Of a DNA stretch of 64,000 bases, positions 47,948-62,490 are shown piece by piece. The stretch's first letter is position 1. Every line of letters begins with the position of its first letter. Location: assembly GCA_002633005.1 (NCBI GenBank), contig NMRA01000903.1, positions 1 to 64,000 of the forward strand, written 5' to 3'. Under the pieces are notes generated by a model. That model had not been told where the DNA came from. It did no database searches and saw nothing but the letters and a program-made list of their open reading frames with translations. Source of the stretch: Phoronis australis. Taxonomy: Eukaryota > Animalia > Phoronida. The position numbers and the translations under genes were made by a program.

Positions 47948-49644
47948 GTACAAAACTAATTGTTCGATAAATTGAAAAATAAAAATGCACTATCAGAACT
48001 TGCAGTTCAACTAGACCGTATGTAATACTGTTTTAATTGTCTGTACCTATGACATTTCTTGTGCATTCCTTAACCAGATTCTGGTTCTCAGGTTCATGCA
48101 TGTATTACAATCATTAGATTTCGACGTTAAGATATACATTTAATCCTTAATGAATAGCATTCTTGTAACAGTTGTACGAGTGATAAATCGAATAAACCGT
48201 GCACGAATTGTTTTGTATGTCGGATTCATGTATACCGAACCTTTTGAATTATGATTGTAGGTTGATATCTCAGAAGTAAAATTAATTATAACAATAAGTG
48301 GCACTGGGCGAGGAGGGTCACGGTAATTATTGTTCATCCTTAACGTTTTCTTTTTTAAAATGATATCACTAAGTTTAACTTATTCATGCTTTATAAAAAC
48401 ATTGAATTTATTCGAATACTGATGACTTAGTAATAATGTGTTGACAGTCGTATATAATTGCTTTTCTAAATATCCTATCTTACTTCTTCAACTTCTTCTG
48501 AGAATTTAAAAAATAACGAAATTAATTAGTTTAAATACTAGCATGAAGTTGACTGTTATTCAAGATAACTGTTGGAAAATCATTAAATCGTTTATTGCTA
48601 CTCCATGACGGATGGTTTTTAAAAAAATAATCAATGTTTCAGGTTGGTGAGGGAAAGGTAATTGTATAACACATTAATAGCATCACAAATTTCCTGTGTT
48701 GCACTTTACTGAAATAACTGAGTTACCAGGTAAAACAGCTAACTGTCGTCTGTTTTTATTACAGCAAAGTCCTAACAACAGACCATCGCTGTTTTTCGTG
48801 ACACTGCCATAGATATGAATGTGTTGAAAAAGAAAATCGAACAGAAGTTAGAGTGCGTAACTATTCGGGACCGGCTAATGCGGTACAATGAAGTACAAGA
48901 GTAGTATAAGTTTTAGTATAAGCTAGAATATAAGTCGTCCATTGTAAAGTATTAAATGAGATTCAATAATTAGATATATCAAAATGTACTCACTGTGAAG
49001 TTTTGTTTTATAACACCCCTAGTACTATAACACAACTTCAATGACGTAGTCATTTCTTGTCATTGCATGTCAAGCAAACACTTCGAAGTTCAAAAAAATC
49101 TAATCACGCCAAATGATATGGAGAAATCAATCTTGTACTCAAAGACTTGCTCTATAAATGGTTTTGACATTACACGATAGATCGCGGTATCATCCACAAT
49201 ACTTATTCTTATTCCGACCATCTCTTCCCTTGTAAGGGCTCATAATGCACCAGCAATGGTCAACTACACTGTAGTGCAAAGGTCATGAAAATTATCAGCA
49301 TGTAATTTTTTTGCAGTTTTAAAGAATTTTATTTCATATTGGAAACCCGGTTGTTGTCAATAACTTTACATAACAATTCCAGCAAAACGCACGCGCAGAC
49401 TCCTTGGTCCTCCCTGGGTGCGCAAAAAGTCCGAGAAAACGCGACAAAAGTCCACTAAAAGGCGCAGACGCACATTTCACAGTCCTGCAGGTGGTGCCCC
49501 TTTTTTACTCCTCCCGCTTTTTTGTCAGGAAAAGGTCCACTTCGACAGAAATTTGAGCCACCCCATATTAAAGGCTGAGTGCGCGCATGCGAGAGTAAAC
49601 TCGTCAACAAATTCATTAGTGCTTCATACCGCCTTGCGGAACAC

Positions 49645-50015
49645 TGCAATTACTGAGCTTTGCACGACGAGATGATAAGAGGTCGAGTCGTACAAGGCTT
49701 ACATTTACATGACGAAAGGTTGTCAGAGCGCCTACAACTAGACCCTAACTTAATTGTGGAAAAAGCCGTAAAATTATTCAGAGAAACAACAATCAGTTAT
49801 CCGAAATCAAGAAACGAAAAAAAAACAGATCGTCGACGTTCCACACAAGAAAAACAAAAGGCTCAAAAAACCACCGCCTGTCAAACCTGGTCTGGCCCCC
49901 AAACCAAAAAATAAAGGTTGCTCACGATGGGATCAGGCAAGAAACCCCATAGATCGATGACAAATGTCTTTAAATGCAATGGAAAGGGACAATTCGGACA
50001 GCATTGTCGCACGGT
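49645..50015 (+). mobile_element. Ty3/Gypsy gag fragment
   Basis: DEMIRGRVVQGL..DERLSERLQLDPNL.VEKAV, followed by a decayed zinc knuckle CLKCNGKGQFGQHCR. Confidence 0.7.
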
Positions 50016-50439
50016 GTCAGAATAAATATTGATTACGTAATTAGTATATAGTTCAATTTAAGTTGCCCAAATTTTGTGCATGTGTACTTTTCAGACCATG
50101 GGATCAAACTTGTTTAAGTGTATCATGATGCCGACATCTGTTTTTACATGATGTTTACCAATGAACTCGAAAGATGCTAGAAATTTCTGAGAGCATGTTG
50201 TTTTTATTAGCCAATCGTTAGCCGGCCACGAGGGCCCTTCAATAAGTTCTCCGCCTCACCCAGAAAACAACGCGATAGCAACTAATTTTGGCTTTTATTT
50301 TTCTTCCATCTGTGCTCCAGTTTTGCAATGCCTTCGTAAAAGAAACGTTTGTCGAGCCCCTCAAAATACTTCTCCACTGCATCCATGACGTCATCATCGC
50401 GCACATACTGGCGTCCACACAGGTACAGTGTAGGCCTTC

Positions 50440-51095
50440 AAATGCGGAAAAAATAAAAATCAGACGGGGCCTGGTCTGAAGAATAGGCGGGGTGAGGAAG
50501 GATTTCAAAGTAATATCTAATTACTTCAGCTACCGCAACTTGGGCAGTATGGACAGGAGCGTTGTCTTGCAGCAACAGCACTCAATCCTAAAACTTCCCT
50601 CGTCTCTTTTCCTTGATTGCTTTTTTAAATTTTTCCAAAAGTGATGCATAATAATTTTCAGTACCAGTGTTCCTCGTTGCAAGTATTTGATCATCATAAT
50701 ACCTTCCCTGTCCCAGAACACAGAGGCCAAAACTTTGCTCGCAGAAGCACCCAACTTGAATTTTCTCGGGCTTGGGAAACTCACGTGCTTCTATAGTTTA
50801 CTTTGTTGTTTTGATTCCGGGTCAAAGTAGTGGACCCATGTCTCATCCTGGGTTACAAATCTCCTGGAAAATTTGGCCGGATCTGCTAGGAATCTTCCTA
50901 GAAGTTCCTTTCAAATTGCCATTCTGCTCATTTTCTGATCATTGGTTAACATTATTGGCACCCATCGTGCACTCAGCTTACTCATGCCCAAAACTCCTCT
51001 TAAAGTTTTAGAGACGGACCCATTGCTCATGCAAACAGTGTTTGCCAAATGTTGAACAGTCATTCGCCTGTCTTTCATAACCATTGCATGAATTG
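50440..51095 (-). mobile_element. Decayed mariner transposase fragment
   Basis: RRMTVQHLA..., KLSARWVP.MLT.DQK, PRKFK...ASKVLASVFWDREGI, LLQDNAP.H and a PAYSSD.APSDF-like motif, all frameshifted. Confidence 0.85.
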
Positions 51096-52723
51096 TCACT
51101 GGAGGTCCTGGGTGATTCGTTAACCCTAAAAGTCCGAACGCAAAACGGCATCTTGTGACGCAACAGACTGATCCGACTGAGAAATCGACCGACCTGTCAG
51201 CTTATCAGGGCAGTGACGTGGTGCCAAACGAAACAAGAACGTCTTCAACGCACGACGCATGTTATGAAAAGTGGACGCGTTGCGAAGCCAGCAATGAGAC
51301 AGGACTTGTGGAGATTTAGTTTTAAGTTACCTCTATACATGTACATATGACTCTAGTCATCTTATTCTAGTTCTAGGTATTTTTTGAGGGTCACGTATAC
51401 TTGAAAGGGGGATGTTGCATTAGTGTAAGTCATCTTACAATTGTCGGGACACACACATATATTTAAGGTCTGGACTGGCCATTACAGAATCGAATAAACG
51501 TGTACATGTAGACTAAGCTATCGTGTATTGCACAAAAGCGTACAGCCACAATAACACTGGCCTGAATAACTTGGAGTGGTTGCCATGGTGAACATGTTTC
51601 TTGAAGATGATGGTGATCTAGTTGTGACGTTTGATGCGGGTTGCTAGGGATAGACTGAGCATGTCTTCTTTTCATGTTAGGAGAATTGATTAACATATTT
51701 AATGACTGGTGAACATTTCATCTTGTGTAGATGGTGGTCATCCGATGAGTCTTTCTTTGGGTGTCAGAGTACAGGTAAACACAATTGTATTAAATGAGAA
51801 TGCCACCAGATTTATTTCGTTTTTAATCTGTAAGGAAGGTGAGTACACTGCACACGTCATTGGTTCTTCAACTGATTGTGTACCGCTATGGTGTGGCGTA
51901 TCGTTCCCGCTTGGGCTAACCATGGAGTTGTTTAGCTGCAGCACACATCACGAATTTTTGTCCGACCGGTCAGAAATTGGTCGACGACCGGTCGACGACC
52001 GGCCGTCTAGCCGACCAGCAGCCGACCAACAATGGTCTGCTAGGAGCCGTCGGCTGAGTCGCCTCTGCGGTCGGCACTTGGGTCGGCAAAGTGGTCACCT
52101 AGAATAAAAGACCAATTCGTATTATGGGTGTTCTCGGTCCGCAATTACCATTTTATGACTTAGCGTGTGAGCTTTGACCAAAAAAACATTTAACTCTTTG
52201 CTGTTCGTTCACCAGTGGCCTCTCCGGTCTTGACATCGGTTTATCAACTTTTTTGTTCACCTATTGAAAGGTGGTAAAATCGAATCAACCTACAAATACA
52301 AAATGCGTGAAATTGCACCAACGTAAACTTTATGTTGAATTGCTGACGGCGTGGTAAAATTAAAAGTTTAATGATGTAGTGGAAACATAATTTTGCACTC
52401 TAGATGTGAAACTTTTAATATAATATACATAAAAAGTAGTAACAACCAGGGAATTTGAAATGTGTCAGTAAATTTGCATACAGTTCCAGGGCCGTAGGAA
52501 GCGGAGGGAGGGGGGAAGCGAGAGGGCACAGGCCCCCGCAAAAATTTTCAGGCGTCTGGGTTAAACTGTGGCAACCCACATAGGTGTGGTGCCAGGGACA
52601 GTCGAGAAAATAAAGACTGCGAAAAACGGATAAAAGAGAAAATTCAAGAGAATATTTAACAAATGTGCATCAGTGAATGGTTTACATTTTGAGAACCCTG
52701 GCCAGGACACTGTCGTTAGGGTC

Positions 52724-55700
52724 TTTTTTTTTCACAATTAATACATTTATTACAAAAGACAGATGCATATACAAATATACACAACACAAAACAACAACGT
52801 ACAGAACTGTGCAAAAATAACGAGAAAGCATTTCATTGTTACTTCGAAGTTAAAAAGTACTACTTAAATTTCTGTTCTGGCATCTGGTCAACTCTTTGGG
52901 TCCTCTCATGTTTCAAAGAAACATTTCCAATCTTCCCATTTTTGTATCATTAAATTTCCGTGTGTTTAACGAAGCACTAACTTCTGCATTAAAACACTCA
53001 TTCAAATTTTTTTTAAGATATCCTAAATTAGGTTTGATGTTAGCAAATTTCCTTTTAAAAATGAAATTTTAGTTTGTAAAAGAAACCAATTCAAAATTCT
53101 ATTCTTTTCATTTTGAAGACCAAATATTATGGTGGTTTTGTCTATTTTGAAATTTACTTGCATTGCAGTCTTTAACCAGAGACGTACCACGTGCCAGAAA
53201 GAATTAACATATTCACATTCAAATAATAAATGTTCTAGAGTTTCGGGAAAGCATTTACAAAAAGTACAAGCATTTGAGTCCACGTATCCATTCTTATTTA
53301 AAACTAGTTACATGTAGTAGGTAGAATTCTATGCAGTAAGCTGAACTGAAAGAAAAGTAAGCTTGTCATTCGTACATTCATATGGAAGTTTGTAATAGAA
53401 GTTCCACATCTTCTGTGATAGCGAAAAACCCAATACTTCGAATTTCTTTTGAGCCGATGGTATTATGTCATTTTTGCACAGAATATGGTGAGAATCCCGA
53501 CACCCCTTTTTCGTCAAAATAATATTTTTAGGGAAAAAGGTACAAGTGGTCCATATTCCTTTTTATTATTAAGTTTTTGGAAAACGTTTTCAGGTATTTT
53601 TATTGCACTGACAATTGAATAATATTTGAGAAAGCTGACATTAATCTGATGAATCGTCTGCAAACTTTCAAAGGTGTAGAAGTTACCATTCCAGTCTAAA
53701 AATCGTTCACAAATATTATACCATTTTCAACGAATGACTCATAAATACAAGGGTTGTATTCCACCGTTATACTACTGTTGGCCCACACATTAATTGACAC
53801 CGCATCTTCGTGACCTGAAACAGTTTCTTTGTGAATTAAAAGGCTCCAATACTGGAAGCATTCTGTCCAAAAAGAGTTACAATTATCCGATCTAGTTATT
53901 CTATAGTCTCCATAGTTCAACATTCCATCTCTAGTAAGCCCGATATCTTTTTGCAACAAATAAGTCCATGGGGATGTTGTTAAAAAGAATCTTCTAATCT
54001 ATGAAATTTTTAAAGACATGTTAAAATTTTTGACATCAATCATCATCAATCCACCCTCTTCTATGGATTTAATGAGTACTCCTCTTTTTATTTTATCAGG
54101 TTTTCCGTCCCAAATGAATTTAAAAAACAAAGTTTCAATAACCCTAAAAGTAGTATCATTGGGACTTGGGAGCAGCATTAGCAGATGTACAATTTTTGGA
54201 AGCACAAGTTTTTTTAATACTGTGACCTTTCCAAAAATAGTCAGCTTTCTATGAGACCATATATTAATCAGACTATTCATTTCCATTATTTGTGCATCAA
54301 AGTTATTTTTGGACATGGTATCCAAGTTCACGCTGAAGTTAATACCCAGAAGCTTAAAATCATCGTCACCCCATTTTAGTTTCCAACGCGTGTGGTGAAA
54401 CACTTTTTGAGAGATTTTTCTACTTCCAATCCACACTACTTTTGTCTTAGAATAGTTTATCTTCAGCCCCGACATCCCTGCATAGAACTCTAGGTTATTC
54501 ATAAGTGCTGCCAGGGATCTTGGAGTTCGCTCTAATGTGAATGTTGTGTCATCTGCGTATTGTGTTATAACGAAGTCTTCGTCGCCGATTTTAATACCTT
54601 TCACGTCAGGATCATGTTTAATCAATATGGACAAAATTTCAGCACACAGTATAAAAATATAAGGGGAGAGAGGATCACCTTGTCGACATCCGCGTTCTAG
54701 TATGAAGTTGTCTGACAGAATTCCATTTTGTATGACACGGGCAATTGGTTTATTATAAAAAGTTCTTATATCGAATGACATTGGCTTTGAAATTGAACAT
54801 ATTCAGGACTTTGAATATAAAAGCCCATGAAACACTATCAAAAGTCTTCTCAAAATCTATCAAGACAAGTAGTCCTGGAATGTTGTGTTTGTCTGTATAC
54901 CTCATAATATCATAAATTAGTCTTGTGTCCCTAGCCATAAATCTTCCTTTAATAAATCCAGTTTGGGTATTTGCAATCAGTTTGTCTAGAAAGTTTTAAA
55001 TCTGTTTGCAACGCATCCCAAAGCCAGCTTGTATACACTATTCAGTAAAGTTATTGGTCGCCAGTTTTTCAGAAACTGTTTCGGCTTGTCTGGTTTTGGA
55101 ATACATGTAATAATCCCAGTCCGTTGAGTTGTGGACATTTGTCCCTTTTCAAAACTACATTTAATGTGCCGCAACACAAAATATTTTATGTCTTCCCAAA
55201 AGAACTTCAAAAATTCCATCGTAAAGCCATCAGAGCCTGGACTTTTCTCATTTTTTGTATTTTTTAAAACCTCAAATAATTCATCAATATTAATTTCATT
55301 TTCTAGTTAGATTCCCTCCAACTCCGAAAGTACCTGGAACCGACAATGTCCGAGTACACTATTCAAAATTTCTTCGCTCTCAGACCTCGAAGAATATAAT
55401 TTCTTATAAAAATTCATCATCTCGCATAAAATTTTCTTTTGATCCATAATAGTTTCTCCTTCTTCTGTTTCTATAGCATATATCAATTTACTAAAAAATT
55501 CCTTGATTCTAAGTTGCAAGACTATTTGGTCGGGCGTTCTCCATTTTCAATCCAGTTTGCTCTTGTTCGGACAACATAGCTCTTCAAATTAATTCTTGTA
55601 AATTGGTCTTTTTTCTTCTAAAGTTGTTAGATCACCTTCAGTCAGGTTGTCTTTGCTTTCCAGCCTATTAATGGCTTCTTTTAAAACACGTTCATAATTG

Positions 55701-58330
55701 ATGTGTTTTTCTTCTTCTTTCTTATTGAGTAGTCTATAGTGGTGTTACGGATTTCCATAAACAGAACGTCTAAGAACACCTGGTCATTAATTACGAATTG
55801 AATTTCACTGCTGGAAATTGTATCGATCATTTGATAATTGTAAACTGGAACAGCATACTGAGGTTTTATCCCAGTAATTTTTTCTTTAATTTTTTTAGTA
55901 TATTCCAAGTCATCCAACAGGGAATTGTTGAATTTCCAAAGACCTTTCCCTTTTAAATTTCTTTTAATTTAGCACTCAGTAGCACACCTGAATGATCGGA
56001 TCTGTAACTGTTTATTGTGTTAATTTTACACACACAGTGAATTAAATTTTTTAAAGTAAGAAAAAGTCCAGTCTCGCCTGCTTTAAAGGATTTTTGCGTC
56101 ACCGTGTATAACGCTTTAAATTCGGGTGGAAATTGTATCAATCATTTGATAATTGTAAACTGGAACAGCATATTGCCGTTTTACCTCAGTAATTTTTTCT
56201 AAGTATATTCCAAGTCTCCCAGCAGGGAATTATTGAATTTCCAAAGGAATTTCCCTCTTAAGATTTCTTTTAATTTAACACTCAATAGCAAACCTGAATG
56301 ATCTGATCTGATTAATTTTACACACAAAGTGAAGCAACTTTTTTGAAAGTAAGAAAAAGTCCAATCTCGCCTGCTTTATAGGATTTTTGCGTCTCCATGT
56401 ATAACGGTTTACGTGTAATTTCTGTTGGAATTCCCGAAATGGACCTACGAGCTCCCACATTTGTATATGTTCTTTTAATTTGTCACTAGCACTTGGATTA
56501 TTGCGTTGCTTATAGTAACGCGTGTATTTAGACTGGTCTAAAACAAGATTGAAATCCCTACTTGCAATAACTTTTCATTACCCACCTCCTCAATTTCCTT
56601 AAAAAGGTTTGAAAAAAGTCAGGTTTGTCCTCATTTGAACCACACAAGTTGACAAGCGCAATTCTCTCTCCCTCCATTGTTGTATCAAGTAATACATTAT
56701 CCCCACTTTTGTCACTTCTCCAACCGTGTATTTGATGTTCAAAATTATTACTCAGCATTATTGCGACTCCTCTTGCATTGCTCTTGAATGAACTGAAATA
56801 GCAGGAAAACCCCCACTGTAATTGGACTTGATCCTCCAAAGCCTTCACAAAATGAGCATCTTGAACACAATACATATTGAATGACTTATCTCTTAGGTAC
56901 TTTTGAACATCAAGTCTTTTCCCGGAATCTCTAAATCCCTGACAGTTTACAGAAAGTATACTTAATTCCATGTTGAAATTTAATTTGTGGACTACAACTA
57001 AATTCAAGTATTGCTCTCAGTGACATTAAATTTTTCTGCGCATACTACCAGTGATTGTTTGCACAGTCTTGAACATAAAAACATATACAAGAGAAGAAAC
57101 ACAATGGACAAATAGCTACGAAGACAAAGAAGAAAGTCGAACACTAAATGAATGAGCTGTAACAGCACTCATAACATACATGTACGTCTGAGACGACAAA
57201 AGCCCTGAATCTGAGAAGGCAGCCCGCATCGACAGTCATCCTATGCATGCTAAAGCCCTGGATATTTGAATAGTTACTGTAGTTATAAATGTATACCCCA
57301 TAGAATGGCAAGCTAAGTGAAGAACAGTAGAAGCGCTCCAAATGAAACACTGCGTTTGAGCGCAAGCCATTGATTACAACCCTGATTTGGTTACTACCAT
57401 ATGTTCAACATTGGCACAAAGAAAAAACTGAATCAATTTAAAGGTCGTTATTGCAAGAGATCACTAGCTGAAGAAAAGATTCAAATAGGAACTAAAAATT
57501 AGAAAATACAATTAAATAAACAGACAGCTAAATAGAGAAACTGAAACAGCAGATTAACATGAAATACATGTAAAACTACTGGTATCAAATTACGAGATGA
57601 CACTGATTTCTGCGCAAACATATTTAGCACAAAACAAACTTTTTAACGCCGCCTAGAATATTAACCCAATTCCGCACTATCTGACGAATAACTAAACTAA
57701 GTAACCATACGCTGTCATGTTATTCACGGTTCAAAACCCGTTCCGGCGTTGGTGTCTGGGGTTGACTCTTTCAAAGACCTTCCACGAATTCGCTAACTTG
57801 TTCCATTCTATTCATTTCATGATAAGAATGATTATTCTTCTTGATGAAGATCTTCCCATCTCTCACTTATGTCGACTTGATGTGTCCCTGTTTCACTAAT
57901 CTGCGACATTTTGCAAAAATAGCAGCTTTCCTCTTTGTGCGATTTTCATTGATATATATTTTTCGCACCGAGACACGCCCTTGGTTCACCTGTGTAACCG
58001 CAAGTGTCGATCTTTTCTTCAGAAGTTCTGTTCGTTTACGATAACTAATGACCTTAGCGATGATCGGTCTAGGTTTACCCCTGGTATCTCTGTTAAAAGC
58101 ACCAAACCTGTGGGCGCGGTCTAATTCAGTTACAGACAGGTCAACTTCCAATTTCTTGGCTATGTTTAAAACTAGCTCCTCAGTGTTCTCCCCCTTATTT
58201 TCCTCTACACCGTGTATAATCAGGCAGTTTCGTCTAGAATATTGCTCGCTGTCGTCTAAACGCACGTTAGGGTCTTAGCTTTTGCAGCACAGATCGTCTA
58301 AACGCAAGAGAGAATTTTTAAAGCGAAGCT
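52724..58330 (-). mobile_element. Near-full-length decayed L1-clade (Tx1-like) LINE
   Basis: ORF1 at 58265-57867. APE endonuclease at ~56972-55950 (SVNCQG, RLDFFL, SDHS). RT at ~55250-54000 (NWRPITLLN, DFEKTFDSV, GCRQGDPLSP, QYADD). C-terminal CTFC...ETLEHLLFEC. AATAAA and a short poly(A) at ~52750-52724. Confidence 0.92.
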
Positions 58331-58902
58331 TTTGCAGAGCGTACTAATTTAATGGATGTTTAGATTCAATCTGTTAATTTTGCGAATGCAAAACTATATT
58401 TTTCTAGAGGCCCCTCTCTGGTAAGGGATAACGGAGGCATCTTTCGCTTTATTTTTTTTTCTCGAAACTGTATATCACTTGAGAAAAATTGATGACCTGA
58501 CAGATAACATCAATTGCTGCGCATTTCCTGATATTTGAAAATACAGATATTTTCATATTTAGAGGCCTCGCCTTTGAAGGAGGCCATTGACGACATGCAA
58601 GTGGCCATCTTCTTGTGTTTTTATTAAGAAATTCTAACGGGGCCGCCCACGGTGAAAGGGCCCACTGTTGGAATCGATTTCCTCTATTTTCCTGTTTTTT
58701 TTGTGAAATCGTGCTTTCATGGTGGAGGAGGTCACTCCCTGCAACGTTTTGGGACCTCACGAGGGTGAAATGAACTGTCACGTTTTTCCAAGCTTAACGA
58801 TGTTTAGCCTTTCATCTTAAGGTGTTCCATTTCAGATGCTACCCTCTCTCGGTGGAGCAGCTCGGGGGAAATGTCCCTTTGTCCCTCTATATACATGTAC
58901 AT

Positions 58903-59012
58903 GTATATCTGCGCGTGCAGGACAAGTGTACACAAGCGCTATATCTGCGCGTGCACAACAGGTGTACATGTACACAGGCACTATGTCTGCGCGTGCACGA
59001 CAGGTGTACACA
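58903..59012. repeat. Three-copy minisatellite
   Basis: TAT(A/G)TCTGCGCGTGCA(G/C)(G/A)ACA(A/G)GTGTACA x3, with 8-14 bp related linkers. Confidence 0.8.
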
Positions 59013-61987
59013 ACCAATTATGGTTGATAAAATTTATTACAAATGATTCTGTAAAATAGATTAATTTCGACTATTTCTAAGAATGGTATGGCATGTTATA
59101 AGATGTTGATAAGAATTGATATTAACGAAAGGTGTAATATAAGATCTAAGTTTTTTCATCAGCCCTAGTAGGCTAATTTATACGAATTTTTTTTCACGGA
59201 CCAGAAACGATCCGTAAACGATGTGAACGATGATCAGTTTCATCAGAATTCATATCAACCAAAATGGAGGTGCAAGATTTTTACACAAGCATTACGTACA
59301 TGTATTCTAAGTTCAGAAAATATGATTAAGACAGTGAAGAAGACGAAATTTTACGTACAAGTTCATTAAGATTGACGGTAAATATAAGAGGCAAAATTAA
59401 GTCTTTGAACTAGCAAGGACCAATTTATAATGCATACAGAAGTATGCAACAGTCAGGGCACGGACTTCTGTGAACATCCTGAGGGGCTTAGGCCTACGTG
59501 TAGCTAGGATGGCGGGAGATTGGTCTCGTGCGGAACCCTCTCCGGAGAAGAGGAGGTAGAGGCGACACAATTCGTGATGATCGGCACTAAACATTTTAGC
59601 AGCAGAAATATAACAGAGATTCATTCAAGTAAGTCAGGCAATTAAAACGCATTTTAATTAATAATCCACTGGGGCCACCTGCCGCCCCGAAGTGTTGTAC
59701 CAGAGGGTTCCAGTTTAATCCCGTCCTGTAGCCATGATTCTATTACTACTTATAAATTTCTGTAATTACATCAGGTTTCGTCTGTTATAATTGATAAACG
59801 TAAATTGAAACTCTACAACGTTCTAGAAACCATGTGTAGTTAGTTGTTGCAACAAGAGGAGGGTTACATATATCAAAATTGACAAATATCCGTGGCGTTG
59901 GCGCTGTTGGATTTTGGAATTAAATGCTGAATGACGTCAATATGAACATGCGTCTTAAAACGCTACGCAATGTTGCCACTAGTCAAACTTTAATAAGTCT
60001 TCTAAATCTAATAATTGCCTAAAGGTATTTCAATAAACACAATATACATTCATTGACTGGCCGTAGTTTGGCGGGAAATGACGTGGTAGGACGATGATAA
60101 CTGGTACGGAACCGGTAACTCTGACCTTCATTTGATGCACGACGTGGCACTGACTGAATGCATCAACCAAACATGTTAATTTTTGAAAATGCCCTCAAAA
60201 TGGACTTTTTCAAAACACCGTGTTTGCCATACTCGTGTAAAAAAGCGAAATGAACCGTTCTACACGCTGCTCAAAGCACTTCTGTGGACATAGGGAAAGG
60301 AAAACGTCTCTGTCTTACAACGCTGCATGTGCTTGGCATTTCTGACAAGGCTCTCTCATGCTGGAAGTTTTTTTTAAGAGTAAGCACCGTCCCAAAAAAT
60401 TGTAGGTCTCGTTACAGCTGACCACAGAAGAATGATTCTGCGATTTTAGGACTGAAACTGAACCAAATCTGGCGTGGTCACTCATTGGAAGGTGCAGAAC
60501 TCGGGAAGAAAGGGGGAGGCAATACAAGCATATTTTTATTTTGGAGCCTTAGTTGCCAGATGTCATTCAGCGTCAGTTACTACCTAAGGAGGCCAGATCA
60601 TGCGCTATAAACATCACCTGACGTTTTGCTTCTAAAAAAGTGTACCTTGGTGAATTTTCTTTCATTTCTTTCGACACCGCATTCGCTTTACCAAAGATTC
60701 ACGCACAGATGCCACGTACATGTATAGAGGCAAATACCTCCTCACCACGTATTCGCATCTTCCCGTTCAAAATTGTTTTATTTTATACATTTTGTCAATA
60801 TGTTGTTGAAAGAAAATATTTGTTTTTGGAACAACGTCAGCGACCAACTGATACATGTGCTGTAACTACTAGAGCAAATTTTACCGTCACCGATGCATGA
60901 ATGCGCAAAGCTAAAATTGGTAGTAGCCTCAACAATCGCTTTTCTGTGTTTGATGTCACTGTCTAAGTTCGTGGAAATCGTAACCATATGATTTCGAAGT
61001 TGGAGTCCGTGGGCTTAGGACATAAAGTTCCGTGTATTTCGCGTCTTTACTGCAAGGGTTAAAAGGGCATGGACCGCGAAAACTTGTGAAAAATACGTTT
61101 TAAACGATCCCTAACGAAAGTACCTTCATTCAACCTTTACTTAAAAATTATTCACTTCCAACTGAAAAGGAATTTCCAGAAAAAATGACCCAATTCATCG
61201 TTTTTGAAAGAAGTACGAAGAAAAGTTTGTATGGTAACCACCTATACCTGCCAATCTCCCTTTCACTTATTATAAATGCGCGCATGCGCTCAGTCATTCG
61301 ACAAACAACAGCTGATTCGGTGTCAAGAGTGTTGTGGATTGAATACTTTGCCACCCAATGTGCTTTATACCTCGTGCCGTGTATTTTGTGCCTACCTCTA
61401 CGATTCTTCATGATTGGACCATTACTTGAGATTTGATCATGCTGATCTGCAGTGGACTATTATTCATTTACACTATGTGTCAGAGGACGGTGCTGCGCTA
61501 ATAATCGCAGGCGCGGTTTTGCAAGACTATACGAGACAAGATGTCGAACAGTGGAAAGCTGGGCAAGAAAATGGGGCGTTCTTCTAAGCTAACCGACTCA
61601 GTTAGAAAGAAAAGAAGGCAAGACTTGCAGCTGAAAGTTGAAAAACGACGCATTTATCTGGGTACAGAGCACTGCCGCTGGGAATCTCTTAGAAGTGAGC
61701 TATCCGTCACTGGCCAAACGATAGCTCGATCATGCGTAAGTACTTGTTTGGTCCTGCATACTTCGGTAGTTATAGGGACATTGCGTGATCCCAGCTTATT
61801 AAAATCACCTCGATCCAATAAAGTAATGGTCCGAGAACTCACTGAGAAAGTGAAGAGTGTGAAAGTTAAACTCAGACATAAAATTCACCGAGTTGCATTG
61901 TCTGTTGACATTTAAGCTGAGCGGCTACTAGTAAGCCTACTTTTGGCTAAGCCTATGACCTACTTATGTCATATAGTGACGACTTGT

Positions 61988-62490
61988 TTATTTGTTTGTT
62001 GTTGATAATTCTCGAAACACTAAGAGAAATTGCAAAGCATTATTACTTTGAGATAGTACCACCGTCTCAACTGACTGCAGTAGAGATGACAGTTGTCCAA
62101 TAGGCCCTCCACCAGTTGGAAGTTTTTTGGCGAATTGTGCCACATTGATTAAACCATCAAAGTCATGTTGCTGCAACGAACTTTTGCAGATAGGGGGATA
62201 CCTTAGGGGAATGGTAATGTCTTAAACTCTTCCCAGCTCGGTCAAATACGAACGGGCATTAGGAGTCAATTTTCTGTCCTTCGTTACGGTAACAAAATCA
62301 TGGACTGACCATTTTTGGGAAACTGGCCCAATTCTGTATTGATTGAATCATTGCTGTAGCGTTTTAAAATCACCTTGAGATCGACCTCCATGACGGAGTA
62401 AATCAATCATTAAAACACTACACTGGTGATCACCAAAGTTTGCTAGTGCTTGAAACTTGGCCGCAAGGGTTGTACCACTCATACCTGTGC
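61988..62490 (-). pseudogene. Unidentified ~165-codon frame interrupted by two stops
   Basis: The frame reads through to ...LQQHDFDGLINVAQFAKKL...; a related QHDFDGLV segment lies on the + strand at ~62630. Confidence 0.35.

Noticed and set aside
51950-52100. GC-rich CCGAC/GTCGG palindromic cluster as a structured RNA
   Set aside because: It matches no RNA family motif I can support and is more likely the subterminal repeats of a small DNA transposon.
58903-59012. Three ~28 bp repeats with short spacers, resembling a CRISPR array
   Set aside because: The spacers are only 8-14 bp and related to each other, the repeats are degenerate, the context is eukaryotic and there are no cas genes. It is a minisatellite.
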